Below are positions 18,053 to 30,659 of a DNA stretch of 64,000 bases, piece by piece; position 1 is the stretch's first letter; each line of letters starts with the position of its first letter. The notes under the pieces are model-generated. The model saw nothing but the letters and a program-made list of their open reading frames with translations. It did no database searches and was not told the origin of the DNA. Position numbers and translations under genes: made by a program. Origin of the DNA: the human T2T-CHM13v2.0 reference genome, Homo sapiens; assembly GCF_009914755.1 (NCBI RefSeq), contig NC_060926.1, one strand, 5' to 3'.

Positions 18053-18636
18053 TCTTTCTTCATCTGTTGGCAGCTCATTTTACAAAAAGCCACTTTCCTG
18101 CCTCCCTGAAAATATTTTTTTAAGCTAGGCAATGGGAGGGAACAGATTTCTCAAAGGCTGTTTCATCAGAAACTTGATGAACGTTCTGTGTTGCTCTCAT
18201 GTACAGGTTCTTATTTCTCATCAGCTAGACTCTTCATTAATTTCATGTAAGTGGTGTAATTAAAGTAACTGTTAATTGGAGTATTACTGAGGTGCCATTA
18301 TGGTATGTGACAAGCTTTAATTAGCGTGTGGTCTGGCACTCGATGTTCTCAACGAATCGCTCAGAAACAGAGATTGTTCTCTCAAGAGCGGCACTTGATC
18401 TGAACAGAAAGGTAATGCAATCTTAAGGTAATGGGGGGAAAAAAGGAGAGAGAGAGAGAAATAACCTCTAGTGTTTTTATGTTATAAAAGTGGAACTCTT
18501 CACTGTCCCAGCTAACAGCACCGTCACAGTGAAATGAACAGTACTGGAGACCACATGCTGGAACTGAAGAATGATGTACAAAGAAACCACCTCCCATTGT
18601 TTCAGCACAGACATGTCCTTAGCCAATGTGGCTGCT
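18053..18636 (-). pseudogene. Two RME-8-like pseudo-exons (18466-18636; 18053-18399)
   Basis: SLYIILQFQHVVSSTVHFTVTVLLAGTVKSSTFI vs [42 protein letters not shown] vs [26 protein letters not shown] vs HIFEGTHENPELIWND. Confidence 0.7.
18225..18435. promoter_or_regulatory. Candidate enhancer with a homeodomain-motif cluster
   Basis: At least 7 TAAT/ATTA cores (CATTAAT, TAATTAA, TTAATTG, TTAATTAG) and TGACA in unique sequence. Confidence 0.45.
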
Positions 18637-19356
18637 CTATAAACCAGGTGACCTCTAAAAGCACAGTGACCTCACTATTTCCTCTGCCTGGAATGTCTTG
18701 GGAAACTCCTATCCACACTGGGATCCAGGAGTCACCTTATTCATTCTTTCTTATATCAACACGCCATCTCTCCATCCAATAAGTATTTTCTGAGCACACA
18801 CTATGTGTCTAAGAGTCTAAGGCTATTAGAAGAAGATGTGATATGGCCCCATCCTTGAGAGGCTCGCAGGGTTCCATGACAGTGTGTTCATGCAGCAGCA
18901 ATGCTTGCTCCCACCAGGCACTTTCATATGGTGGTAATTGCCTCTCTACCATCAGTATCCCCCATGGATGCTGCAGGGATGTCTTATTCTACTTTGTACC
19001 CCTGGGTCTCAAACACCTGGTACAACACCTGAAACATTAATTAACAAGCTGTCAATATGAATCATTCCATTTTCATTCACGACGTAAAAATGCATAAAGC
19101 AGTGTGGTGGAAAAAAATATTGTTTTAGAATTGAAATGCTTGCTAGCTGGGTAAATATGAATCAATCAGTTGTGTCTTTTTGAGCCTCAATTTTACTCAT
19201 CTTCAAAATAGGAATTTAAAAAAAAATCACGCAGTTTTGAGATTTATGTGAGGCTCAAATGATACACTTTATACAATTACACATGTTTAACTGAAAAGTG
19301 CTCATAAAGTTAATTATTAATAAGTGAGTCTATTAGTTATTAATAAAAAATTTTAC

Positions 19357-19851
19357 CCTGATTCAATTTAAGATTATATCTCAGGTTGAGCTCAGTCACT
19401 CACATCTGTAATCCCAGCACTTTGGGAGGCTGAGGCAGGCAGATCACTTGAGGCCAGGAGTTTGAGACCAACCTGGCTAACATATTGAAACCCCATCTCT
19501 ACTAAAAATACAAAAATTAGCCTGGTGTGATGGTGCACGCCTGTAATCCTAGCTATACGGGAGGCTGAGACAGGAGAATTGCTTGAACCTGGGAGGTGGA
19601 GGTTTCAGTGAGCCAAGATCACGCCACTGCACTCCAGCCTGGGTGACAGAGTGAGACTCTGTCTCAAAAAAAAAAAAAAAAAAAGATTACATCTCAAACT
19701 TCCAAAGAACATTATTGCCTCTTCTATTCTGAAATTTTTCTAAGAAATCAATTCCCATAACTCAGGAGCTCTTCTTGTAGCTAACACCCTTGTTGGTCAG
19801 AAAGAAAAGCTTTAAGATAAAGATTTCCTACAACAAATTCCCTATGGATTT
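19357..19851 (-). pseudogene. RME-8-like pseudo-exon with an Alu inserted near its 3' end
   Basis: Acceptor tttgtatttcatag; IHREFVVGNLYLKAFLSDQ vs HAKELIVGEIFVRVYNE. Confidence 0.65.
19384..19683 (+). mobile_element. AluS
   Basis: TSD aagatta(t/c)atctca. Confidence 0.95.
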
Positions 19852-20129
19852 CTATGAAATACAAACTTATAGGTTGTGTTTGTTTAGTTGTTTTAATCAA
19901 TTCAGATCAGCATTTGGATTAAATGTGCATCAATCTATTGTTTCTACTGCAAAACCAATACAAATAAATCACAATCTATTTAACTACCTAGCTTACAAAA
20001 TTTCAATTTTAATTTTGTTAAGAAAACATTAACTGAGTTTGTGCCAAGCATTGCACACTAGGTGCTGAGGGTACAATAGTAAGAGAGACATGGCTGGTTT
20101 ATCAATTAGCCTGCTAAATTGCAACACTA

Positions 20130-20899
20130 TGGCCAGTGGCCAGAAGTCCCACTTTCATGGTAAAATATTGGGAATGAACAGTAAGTTAATGGCAACAAAA
20201 AATTAGAGAGGCATTTTCCAGATAGGATGCAATCTAGAAGATTCTTTCTCTCACTTAGAGTCACAAATACCCAATTGTATAATGTTTCACAATCCTTGCA
20301 GATTTTGGGGTACTTAGACTATCCACAGTCAAAGCAATGGAAAAAAAGAGCTGCTATACTCTATTGTTTGGGTAGAACACAACTACTCTTCAGAGATTGA
20401 TCTTAGAGCATTTGCAAATGGAGAGACTGAGAGCACTCCACAGGGAGCTTGTCAGCACTGACACTGGGAAGCTATTGGACTGAAAATGATGAAAAAATAT
20501 TGTCCAAAGAGAGGAAGAGATAAGCCCCAGGGCTGCCAAGTTGCACAACTTGATTGGGCACCATTCACATTATAGACTCCAGGGGACGCCATTCATACAA
20601 ACATCAACTTTGCCAGGCAGTGATTCTAGTTTTGGATAAGGACTTTACCCAGTAAAGATAGGATCAGTACTTAACATCAGAACTATTTCACAGTATATAC
20701 ATATACTATTAGCAAATCTGTACATAATTCAATCTGTAAACTAAACCAAGTGGTTGAGTACCAAGTTAAACCCTCAGATACCACCAAAGACAGAAACCTG
20801 AACTGGATAGGCATGTAGTTGGATTTCCTCGTTGGGTAGGTCAGTGATCGAGGTCTCATTGAGTTGGTGAAACCAGGCTTAGGTCAGCCAAAATTTACC
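20130..20899 (-). pseudogene. Two RME-8-like pseudo-exons (20798-20899; about 20130-20479)
   Basis: Acceptors ctaatggtttcacag and ttcatcattttcag; ILADLSLVSPTQ*DL/ITDLP vs CYSVAAQFEECREKITEMP; ENASLIF vs ENPYLIW. Confidence 0.6.
20527..20600. mobile_element. MER91-like hAT MITE fragment
   Basis: cagggctgcc..tgcacaact..ccattcacat..ctccaggggacgccattca. Confidence 0.4.
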
Positions 20900-21059
20900 C
20901 TGTGAAACCATTAGAAAAGCAAGCATGGTGTCTTCCCATGTAATTCATGACAATTCTGAATTTGTACATTAAGAGGTTACATATTAGAATACTTGGCACT
21001 TTGTCCAATAGTTTCCAAAAAAAAGAAAGAAGCATAGAATTCTGATCAAAAGATTAGTG

Positions 21060-21659
21060 CTAAGACTTTTATTTGGCTATCAAATTATTCTAAGCCAAGA
21101 CAAGAGAATTCTATAAATATATTTTATTATGGCAGCCTCTCTCTGACCCTCAGAAACTTCTCTCAATGAACATCATTATTCAAGGCTGCAATTGTCAAAC
21201 TGCGCATGCACAGATAATAGCTCTTCATTCATTGTATAACTCTCGGTGAGGAAACAGTCTCCATTTCTTTCTTTAAAAGCGCTACGAGCTAGAAAAAAGT
21301 GATTGAAGACTGTATCTTTTAAGTTCTCTCTAAAGGGGCATGATTTTCCTGAAGCATTTTCCTTAACCCTGTAACAATCCAGTGTTGCTTCTGCCCAGGT
21401 GAGTCTTTCAAACCTTTTTTACTAGGCAGGTATTCTAACATTTTACTTTAGATATAAATCGACAAAATAAATATACATATACCCAAAATAAAATTTCAGT
21501 TTAGCCTCTAGTACTCCATTGAGAAAGGCAGGATTGGACTTTATCGATTCTTTTTAAAAAATGGTTATGCCATAATTCCAATGGGACCTTTTTTGTATTA
21601 GTTGGGTCCAGATTCCTCCAATCTATTATTCTTGTAATAAATGGAGTCCAAAGTTCTCA
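21060..21659 (-). pseudogene. RME-8-like pseudo-exons flanking the expected J-domain position
   Basis: Acceptor ttttttttcctgcag; LLQE**IGGIWTQLIQKRSHWN (ELxVGG..W repeat); LVALLKKEMETVSS..CMRSLTIAALNNDVH*EKFLRVR vs MLIRTITMETSDD..NAEELRRENG (ARM-like). Confidence 0.65.
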
Positions 21660-21875
21660 CTGCAGGAAAAAAAAATAGTTATGCAATGTTTTTTAGATAC
21701 CACATAATGTTCCAGGTGCTGGAGATTCAGCACTGAGTAAAGAAACAAAGTTTCTGTATTTGTGAAATTTACATTCTAGTAGAGAAAGCAGAATGGACAA
21801 ATAAATACATTTTAATGTGTCAAGTGATGAAGGGCTACAGGGAAAAACAGAGCAGGGTGAGGTGATAGTGACAGA

Positions 21876-22177
21876 TTTTTTTTTTTTTTTTTTTTGAGAC
21901 AGAGTTTCACTTTGTTGCCTAGGCTGGAGTGCATGGGGCAATCTTGGCTCACTGCAACCTCCGCCTCCTGGGTTCAAGTGATTCTCCTGCCTCAGCGTCC
22001 AGAGTGGCTGAGATTACAGGTTCCTGCCCCCAAGCCCAGCTAATTTTTGTATTTTTAGTAGAGACAGGGTTTTACCGTGTTGGCTGGGCTGGCCTCGAAC
22101 TCCTGACCTCAGGTGATTCACCTACCTTGGCCTCCCAAAGTGCTGGGATTACCGGCGTGAGCTACTGAGCCCAGCCC
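21876..22177 (-). mobile_element. AluS inside L2
   Basis: Antisense Alu; L2-like flanks. Confidence 0.93.
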
Positions 22178-22479
22178 AACAGAATGTTTTTAAAAGCATG
22201 TTTTTGGTGTTTGAGGCTTCACGAGCTGTGGGGCATCACAATTAAGAAGATCCTCTAGCTGCCATGAGGAGGATGAATTGGAAGGAGCCAGCATGGCTGA
22301 AGGAGGTAGAGGTTTTAGGAGTCTGTTGTAGTTGCATGGGCAATTAGTTCCTGGAGGATGTTCGCTGCCAACATGGAGCCAGTGCTGAAAAAGGAAGACA
22401 TCAGGAGCTCTAACACAGATGACGGGAATCCCCAGGATGACATGGAGAGCAACCAGTCCAGATTGTAGCAAGTCAGATG

Positions 22480-24540
22480 TTCTGGGGAAGGGCTGCTTCA
22501 TAAGGATGAACAACTTGAGAGAGATTTAGACAATCAGCAACGAGTCTGGAGTTGAATTGGTGATAAACACATGAAAACTAAGCCAATGGGACAATTAAAC
22601 AATATTATATGAGAAAGGAAAAGTATTAAAAGGTTACTACATGGCTCAATTGTGCAGTTTCCACATAATCTCAATAATGTAAGTTGAATATTGAGCTAGA
22701 CAAAATTATGGCATAACTATATTGGAAAGATGGGGGGAAGAAAAGAATATGTGTGTGCACAGGAAAGAGCTAAACCCTCGTCCTCCATGGTGGGAAGTCA
22801 GAGGGTAATACTAAACCAAAGTTCACCAAAAAGCATGTCATCTACAGTCGAAGAGGTAAACTTAAAAAAAAAAAAAAGAAAAGCTAAAAGAGGTGCCTCC
22901 AAGCACTCTGAGAGTAGTGTCTGCTTTTCTTATCTTTTTAAAAATAACACAATTATAGAATTGTTTGATTCTTAAATCTATGTGCTTGTATGTATAACTT
23001 TAATAAAAATAAAAACAAACAATTAAAAAAAGCATTTTTTTAAATGAAAGGACAGAGAGAAAATATTTGCAGTGGATATAGTTAATGAAGGACTTATATT
23101 TAGACTATATAAAGAAGTTTACAACTCAATAAGAGGACAAGCAACCCAATTTTAAAACTGGCAAAAGATTTAACAGACGCTTTAAAGAGAAATTACGTGA
23201 GTGGCCAATGAACACATAAAAAGATGTTCAACATCTTTAGTCATGGGGAAATGCAAATTAAAACTATAATGAAATACTACTACAGAACAAGTGGAATGGG
23301 TAAAAGGTTTTTAAAAAAGACTTACAATACCAAGCATTGGCAAAGATGTGAAGCAACAAAATTTCTATATATTGCTGGTGAGAGTATAAAACGGGACAAA
23401 CGCTTTGGAAAATAGTTTGGCTTTATACAATTAAACATAAACTTTCCTTATCACTCATCAATTCCACTCCTAGGTAATTACCTAATTACCCAGAAAGAAT
23501 AAAAACACATGTCCCCAGAAAATATTTGTGTGCAATATTCATAGTAGCTTTATTCATAATAATTAAAATCTGTGGGAAAAGCCCATAATGTTTATTAATA
23601 CTAAGTGAATAAACAAATTGTGTTATGTTCATACAATCAAAAGAACTACTGATACTCGCAACAACATGAATAAATCTCAAAATTATTCTGCTGAGAAGAA
23701 AAGAAACCTGACACAGAAGAGTGCATACTGAGTGATATCGTGTGTGTGAAGAAGTTCTAGGGCAGGTAAAGCTAATATATAATGATAGAAACCAGATCAG
23801 TGGTGACCTGGGGAGAAAGTGCTGGCTGGTATTGACTGCAAAAGAAATAAATGATGGATATACTCTGTACGTTTTATAGTCCATATAAAATAGGATGTAC
23901 TCTGTATAAGTAAATTGATAGAAACGTGTATGTCCATTGCATATACATATATGGAGTAGATGGAATATAGATGGATACTTCATCTCATATATGGATATAC
24001 AGTTGACACTTGAATTGTGTGGGTCCACTTATAAACAGATTTTCTTCTGCCTCTGCCACCCCTGAGACAGCAAGTTCAGCCCTTCCTCTTCCCCTTCAGC
24101 CTACTCAACATGAAGACAATGAGGATGAAGGCTTTTGTGATGATCCACTTCCGCTGAATGATAGTAAATATATTTTCTCTTCCTTATGGTTTTCTTAATA
24201 ACATTTTCTTTTGTCTGCTTACTTTAATGTTATAATACAGTATATAATACATATAACATGCAAAATTTGTGTTGTTTATATTATTTGTCAAAGCTTCTGG
24301 TCAACAGTAGGCTGTTAGTATTTAAGTTTTGGGGAAGACAAAAGTTATATATGGATCTTCAACCTCATTGGAGGGTTGACACCTCTGACCCCCATGCGGT
24401 TCAAGGGTCAACTGTACTCTCTATTTTAATTGGGATAATGGTTACAGATGTGTATGTATTTGTCAAAACTGACCAAATTGTTCACTTAAAATATATGCAT
24501 TTTATTGTTTGCAAATTATACTGTAATAAAAGTCAAACAA
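22480..24540 (+). mobile_element. L1MC/L1ME 3' fragments
   Basis: gaaatgcaaattaaaactataatgaaatac ORF2 C-terminal remnant plus L1M 3' UTR. Confidence 0.75.
24000..24414. mobile_element. Tigger2a DNA transposon
   Basis: TIRs cagttgacacttgaa / ttcaagggtcaactg flanked by TA. Confidence 0.9.
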
Positions 24541-24544
24541 TGCT

Positions 24545-24654
24545 CTAGTTTCTCTTCAGATCATATAAATCTTTTGCCTTTTACTAAAGAGTCCCATGGA
24601 GAGGAACACCTCAGACTTTTTAAACTAATTTTTTGAGGTCTCGCTTTAGCAGGG
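24545..24654 (-). pseudogene. Possible RME-8-like pseudo-exon
   Basis: Strong acceptor ttttttttttaatcattag; LLKRDLKKLV*KV*G; weak motif match. Confidence 0.4.
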
Positions 24655-24657
24655 CTA

Positions 24658-25130
<473 letters not shown>

Positions 25131-25149
25131 AACACACACATACACACAT

Positions 25150-25199
<50 letters not shown>
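25131..25199. repeat. (CA)n microsatellite
   Basis: Direct. Confidence 0.95.
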
Positions 25200-25202
<3 letters not shown>

Positions 25203-25399
25203 GAATGGGTGGGTTTAAATGAAGATTAAATCCAAGAGGGAAAATAGGTAAATTGGAATATCAAGAAATGATCTAGAGTGCAGCACAGAAACAAAGAAAG
25301 AAAGGCTAAAAGATGTGAAAAAGTGGGTGAGAAGGACTAAAACATGCTCAGACTGGAGTTCCGTTAGGACAGGAGTGAGAAAATGCCCTAACTGACGCC

Positions 25400-27475
25400 A
25401 CAGGAGCAGCAGAGACGCATCCTCACTGGACCTCACCCAAATCGCAAATTCATGAGCAAAACAAATCATTGTTGTTTTAGGCCACTAAGTTTAGGTAGTT
25501 TTTTATGAAGCAGTAGATAACTGGAATAAGTTGTGATACCAGGAGTGTGATGTCGCCATATTAAAACACACACACACACACACTCACACACATACAACCT
25601 AAAAATGTAACATTGGCTTTGGGACCAGATGGTGAGTGGAAGCCAAAAGGGCTTGCAGAGGCTGCTGGTGAGGACTTAAAAGAAATGCAAGAGAGGCTTA
25701 TTGGAATCTAGAAAAAAGACTCTTGGGTCCAGTAACATAAAGTTTAACAACATTATCACCTGTAATAACATATAAATAGAAAATATACCATGAGTTTGGT
25801 TTAATTCTGCACATTGTACTCATAAATCATAACACTACTCTGTACCCCATAAGTATATACAATTATAAACTGACAATTTACATTAAAAAAAAAATTAGAA
25901 CTAAGTAAAATGGTATGAATAAAAAAATAAAATAAAATGTACCTATTTACCTAATCAACTGATTATCTAGCTAAGAAAATTTCCAGGCAGAGTGCTGCTG
26001 CCTGGTTTCTCCAAGTAGTCTATAAAAAATGAGAGAGCAGAGAGATAAAGTAATGAATAACTTTAAAATATAAAAAAGGCTACTCAAGTGAATTAAAACA
26101 TCCATGCAAAAACCTGCACACGCATGTTTATAGCAGCTTTATTCATAATTGCCAAAACTTGAAAGCAACTGAGATGTCCTTTAAAAGGTAAATGGATAAA
26201 TAAACCAGTACATAGATAAAATAGCTATTATTCAACAATAAAAAGAAATGAGCCATCAAGCCATGAAAAGATATGATGGAATCTTAAATGCATATTGCTA
26301 ATTGAAAGAAGCAAACTTGAAAAGGCTACATACTGTATGATTCCAACTATATGTCATTCTGCAAAAGGCAAAACTGTGGAGACAGTAAAAAGATGAATGG
26401 TTGCCAGGGGTTTGGGAGGAGGAAGAGATGAATAGGTGGACTACAGGGGAGTCTTCGGGCAGTGAAACTATTCTCTGGTACTATAATAATGAATGGATGC
26501 TATTCTACACTTAAAACCCAGAGAATGTATAACACAAAGAGTGAACCCTAATGTAAAACACGAACTTTGGTTGATAATGTGTCAATGCTGGCTCATTAAC
26601 TGTAGCAAATGCACCACACTGATTGGGATGTTGATGGTGGGAAGGTTGTGTATATGTGGTCAGGGAGGAGTATGTGGGAACTCTCTGTATTTTCCATTTA
26701 ATTTTGCTCTGAATCCAAAACTGCTCTAAAAAAATAAATTCTAGTTTAAAAAAAATCGGGGGGCAGGACTTACTATGTTTGGAAATAAAAATGTTTCTCA
26801 TTCCAGCCTCTCTATTATAAATGATATAAATGATTCTCTAATTAAGAATGGCTTTCAGGCAAACAGCAAATTCAGAGCACCGTCACAAGAATATGGTGTA
26901 AAGATGAAGCCAAGGATTTAACTCTAAAACCTTTGTTAAAACCTCAGTTAGATTTAAGGTGGTGCACCATAGACCCTTTCAAACACACCAAAGGCCCTTT
27001 TAAGGGTCTTCATACTGTGCCTCACTGGCCTTCTCTGTTAAACAACTGGGCTTCTGAAAATTTCACAAGGAGCTCAAAGTAGAGATGATCTCTATGAAAT
27101 CTGTGGGCATGGCTTTTGTCTAAAGGAGTGAATTTATAAACTGATTCATAAGAAGTCCACAAAGTTTTAAAGGAATTTCATCAGTTTGGACTAAAAGAGA
27201 CAGCGAGAGTACAAAATACAAAGAAATCTTTGAACTTCTGAACTGCTATTCTTAGAAAACAGGCAGAGAAAACCACTCAACATCAACATCTGTTTGCTGG
27301 CCCTGAGCCATCCTAGCTATTCTTTCCTGAGCTGCCTCTGTGCCTCTGAGGCACGCTGTCCCCTCAGACACCTATCCAAACTGCAGACTTGTTTGGATGA
27401 CAAAATAGATGGTGCTATTGTTTTCAGCCACTAAGTTTGGGGGCAGTTTGTTATGCAGTAGTAGAAAACTGATAT
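25400..27475 (+). mobile_element. MLT1 MaLR remnant: LTR end, internal region, second LTR end; L1MA and L1MC1-like (26080-26750) inserts
   Basis: Two similar LTR 3' ends (gccactaagttt..ttatg.ag.agtaga.aactg) at about 25480 and 27430 with MLT-int-like sequence between. Confidence 0.65.
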
Positions 27476-27478
27476 TGG

Positions 27479-27805
<327 letters not shown>

Positions 27806-28384
27806 TCATATTGGTTTTCCAGAATTGATGAAAGATATCAATCCAGAAGATTCCAGAAGCCCAGTGAATCCCAAGCAGGAAAACTAAATGAAATAAATAA
27901 CAAAATACATGATAATTAAACTAGAGAACATCAAAGAAAAAGAGATCTTAAGATACAGTCAGGAAAAATTGTTAACAATGGCTAAACCTTGGGATAAGTG
28001 TCATCATGTTCACTGTTCTGTTCTTTTAACTTTTTTTAGTGTTTGAAAATATTCATACATACATACATACAGCCAAAATGTTGTAGTAGGTGAACCAAAA
28101 AGAAAAGAGATGACTTCACAAGAGAGAAAATGAAATTGGCACCTGACCTCACAACAGGAACAACGAAAGCCAAAGGGCAGAGGAATAAAATTGTGCTAAG
28201 ATAAAGAATTAATGTGTTAAGAAGTTTACATAAATAAAAATGAAATGGGTGAATGTCTTTATAGCTTCTGGGTAGGGAAAGATTTCTCAATGAGATTAAA
28301 AAAGCATTATCTGTAATGAAAAAATGATCAATATGAAAGTATTAAAACACTTCAGTTCAAAAGGCATCATTAATAGGAAAATCC

Positions 28385-28595
28385 CCTGCCTGGGTGGCAT
28401 GGTGAAACCATGTCTCCACAAAAAATACAAAAAAATTAGCTGGTCCTGGTGGCTATAGTTCCCAACTACCCGGAGGCTGAGGTGGGAGAATCACATGAGC
28501 CCGAGGAGGTTGAGGCTGCAGTGAGCCATGATCATGCCACTACACTCCAGCCTGGGCAACAGAGTGACATTGTATCAAAAAATAAAAATAAAAAG
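28385..28595 (+). mobile_element. AluJ, 5'-truncated
   Basis: gaggttgaggctgcagtgagccatgatc. Confidence 0.85.
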
Positions 28596-28707
28596 GAAAA
28601 TATAAGCCAAGAAATGAGAGAAAATTGCAGTATATATAACCAACAAAGGGCTTTTATCCAAAATATTAGAAAAAGAGAACTTCATATCAATGAGATAGAC
28701 AACCTAG

Positions 28708-29079
28708 TGTATTAGTCCATTTTCATACTGCTATAAGGAACTGCCCAAGACTGGGTAATTTATAAAAGAAAGAGGTTTAATTGACTCACAGTTCAGCATG
28801 GCTGGGGAGGCCTCAGGAAACTTACAATCATGACGGAAGGCGAAGGGGAAGCAAGGCACCTTCTTCGCAAGGTGGAAGGAAGGAGAAGTGCCAAGTGAAG
28901 GGGGAAGCCCTTTATAAAAATATCAGCTCTTCTGAAAACTTACTATCATGAGAGCAGCATGGGGGAAACTGCCACCATGATTCAATTACCTTCACTTGGT
29001 CTCTCCCTTGACATGTGGGGATTATGGGGATTATCATTCAAAATGAGATTGGGTGAGGACACAATGCCTAACCATATCA
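28708..29079 (-). mobile_element. THE1D solo LTR
   Basis: tgtattagtcc...aaccatatca with perfect 5-bp TSD cctag. Confidence 0.92.
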
Positions 29080-29084
29080 CCTAG

Positions 29085-30202
29085 TTAAAAAAAAAATAGG
29101 CAAAGACCATAACAGATATTACATAGAAGGAAAAACACAAATGTAGAGATTTTCAATCTCATTCATCATCAAGATTTTGCGACCATTCCAATTTAATATT
29201 TTCCCATTAAACTGGAAAAAAAAAAGTCTGACAAGAACAAGTATTAGAGAGGGCATGTGGCAAGAAAAACACTCACACATTGCTGGTGGGAACGTAAACA
29301 CATACAACACTTTGGAAAACAATTTGGCATTACCAACGACAGCTGAAAACACATATCTTATGTAAGACCCTGCAAATCCATTCCTGGATGTATACTCTAA
29401 AAAAAATTCTTGCCTTTCCTCAGCTGCCATCAAGGTGCTCAGTCCTTCCGAGGAAGCTAAAGCCGTGTTAGGGTGAGGTCCTCACTTCATCCGGCGACTA
29501 GCACCGTGTTCAGCAGCACCAGCCCCACACTCGCCCCCACCATGGCCTCCATCTCCCGGCTTACCTGCATCTCCTCGGACCTCATTCTGCACAACGATGA
29601 AGTGACCGTCACGGAGGATAAGATCGATGCCCTCATTAAAGCAGGCGGTGTAAATGTTGAACTGTTTTGGCCTAGCTTGTTGGCAAAGGCCCTGGCCAGC
29701 GTCAACATTGGGAGCCTCATCTGCAATGTAGGAGCTGGTGGACCTGCTCCAGTAGCTGGTGCTGCTCCAGCTGAGGAAGAAAGTGGAAGCAAAGAAAGAA
29801 GAATCCGAGGATCTGATGATGACATGGGCTTTGGGTTTTTGACTAAACCTCTTTCATAATGTGGTCAATAAAAAGCTGAACTTAAAATAAATTTAATTTA
29901 AAAATTAAAAAAATCTTGCATATATACACAAGACCCAGTGTAAGAATGTTCATAGGTACACTGTTTGTGATTAAAAAACCGAGAACAACAAAAATATCCA
30001 TAAACAATGGAATGGATTAAAGATGTCATACATTCATACAATGCACTTCCATGTAACAATGAAAATTAATGAAACCCTGTGAAATGCAATAGAACAGATG
30101 AATTTTAAAAGCATACTGAGTGAAAAAAAAAGACTTGCAGTGCATAGATAGTATGATTGCTTTAATACAATGTTTAGTCAGGCAAAACAAAGCTACATTG
30201 TG

Positions 30203-30240
<38 letters not shown>

Positions 30241-30490
30241 GTAGAACTATAAAGAAACAAGGAACTGTTTACCATAAAAAGTAACCATGGATATGGTTAC
30301 TTTTAGGCGTTAGGGAAGGGGGTGTAACCAGGGAGAGAGCACCCAGGGGGCTGCTAGGGCCATCCCGATGTTCTAGCTCTTGCCTGGGTGATGGGCACAC
30401 AGGTGCGCACTGCAAATGTATTTATTTTGCTCTACATTGATACACTGTGTTCTTTTGCATGTGTTTGTTATAGTCCACATTTTAAACCAA
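29085..30490 (+). mobile_element. L1ME-type 3' fragment (host of the RPLP1 retrocopy)
   Basis: Degenerate ORF2 end and 3' UTR; (CA)n at 30206-30236. Confidence 0.7.
29413..29906 (+). pseudogene. RPLP1: Processed pseudogene of 60S acidic ribosomal protein P1
   Basis: Intronless copy starting at the 5' TOP (cctttcctcagc); ATG 29542 MASISRLTCISSDLILHNDEVTVTEDKI..DDDMGFG; AATAAA, A-rich tail, TSD aaaaaa(t)tcttgc on both sides. Confidence 0.97.
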
Positions 30491-30659
30491 AGTTGAGAAG
30501 TGTGTGTGGTTTTCTCATGGTCGAGGCGCTAGTTCCTCACACATTCAGACAGGGCAGTCTGTCACCAAGACCTTGTGTCACCTGTACTGTGGGGTCTCCC
30601 AGCTAATGCCTGTGTTGTTCTGCCCACTCCTCTTTCTTCCCTCCTGCCCAGTGCCCTTC

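Noticed and set aside
21393-21404. Strong + strand donor CAG/GTGAGT with an upstream NRF1-like TGCGCATGCA
   Set aside because: No supporting + strand exon chain; it lies within a minus-strand pseudo-exon and is probably chance.
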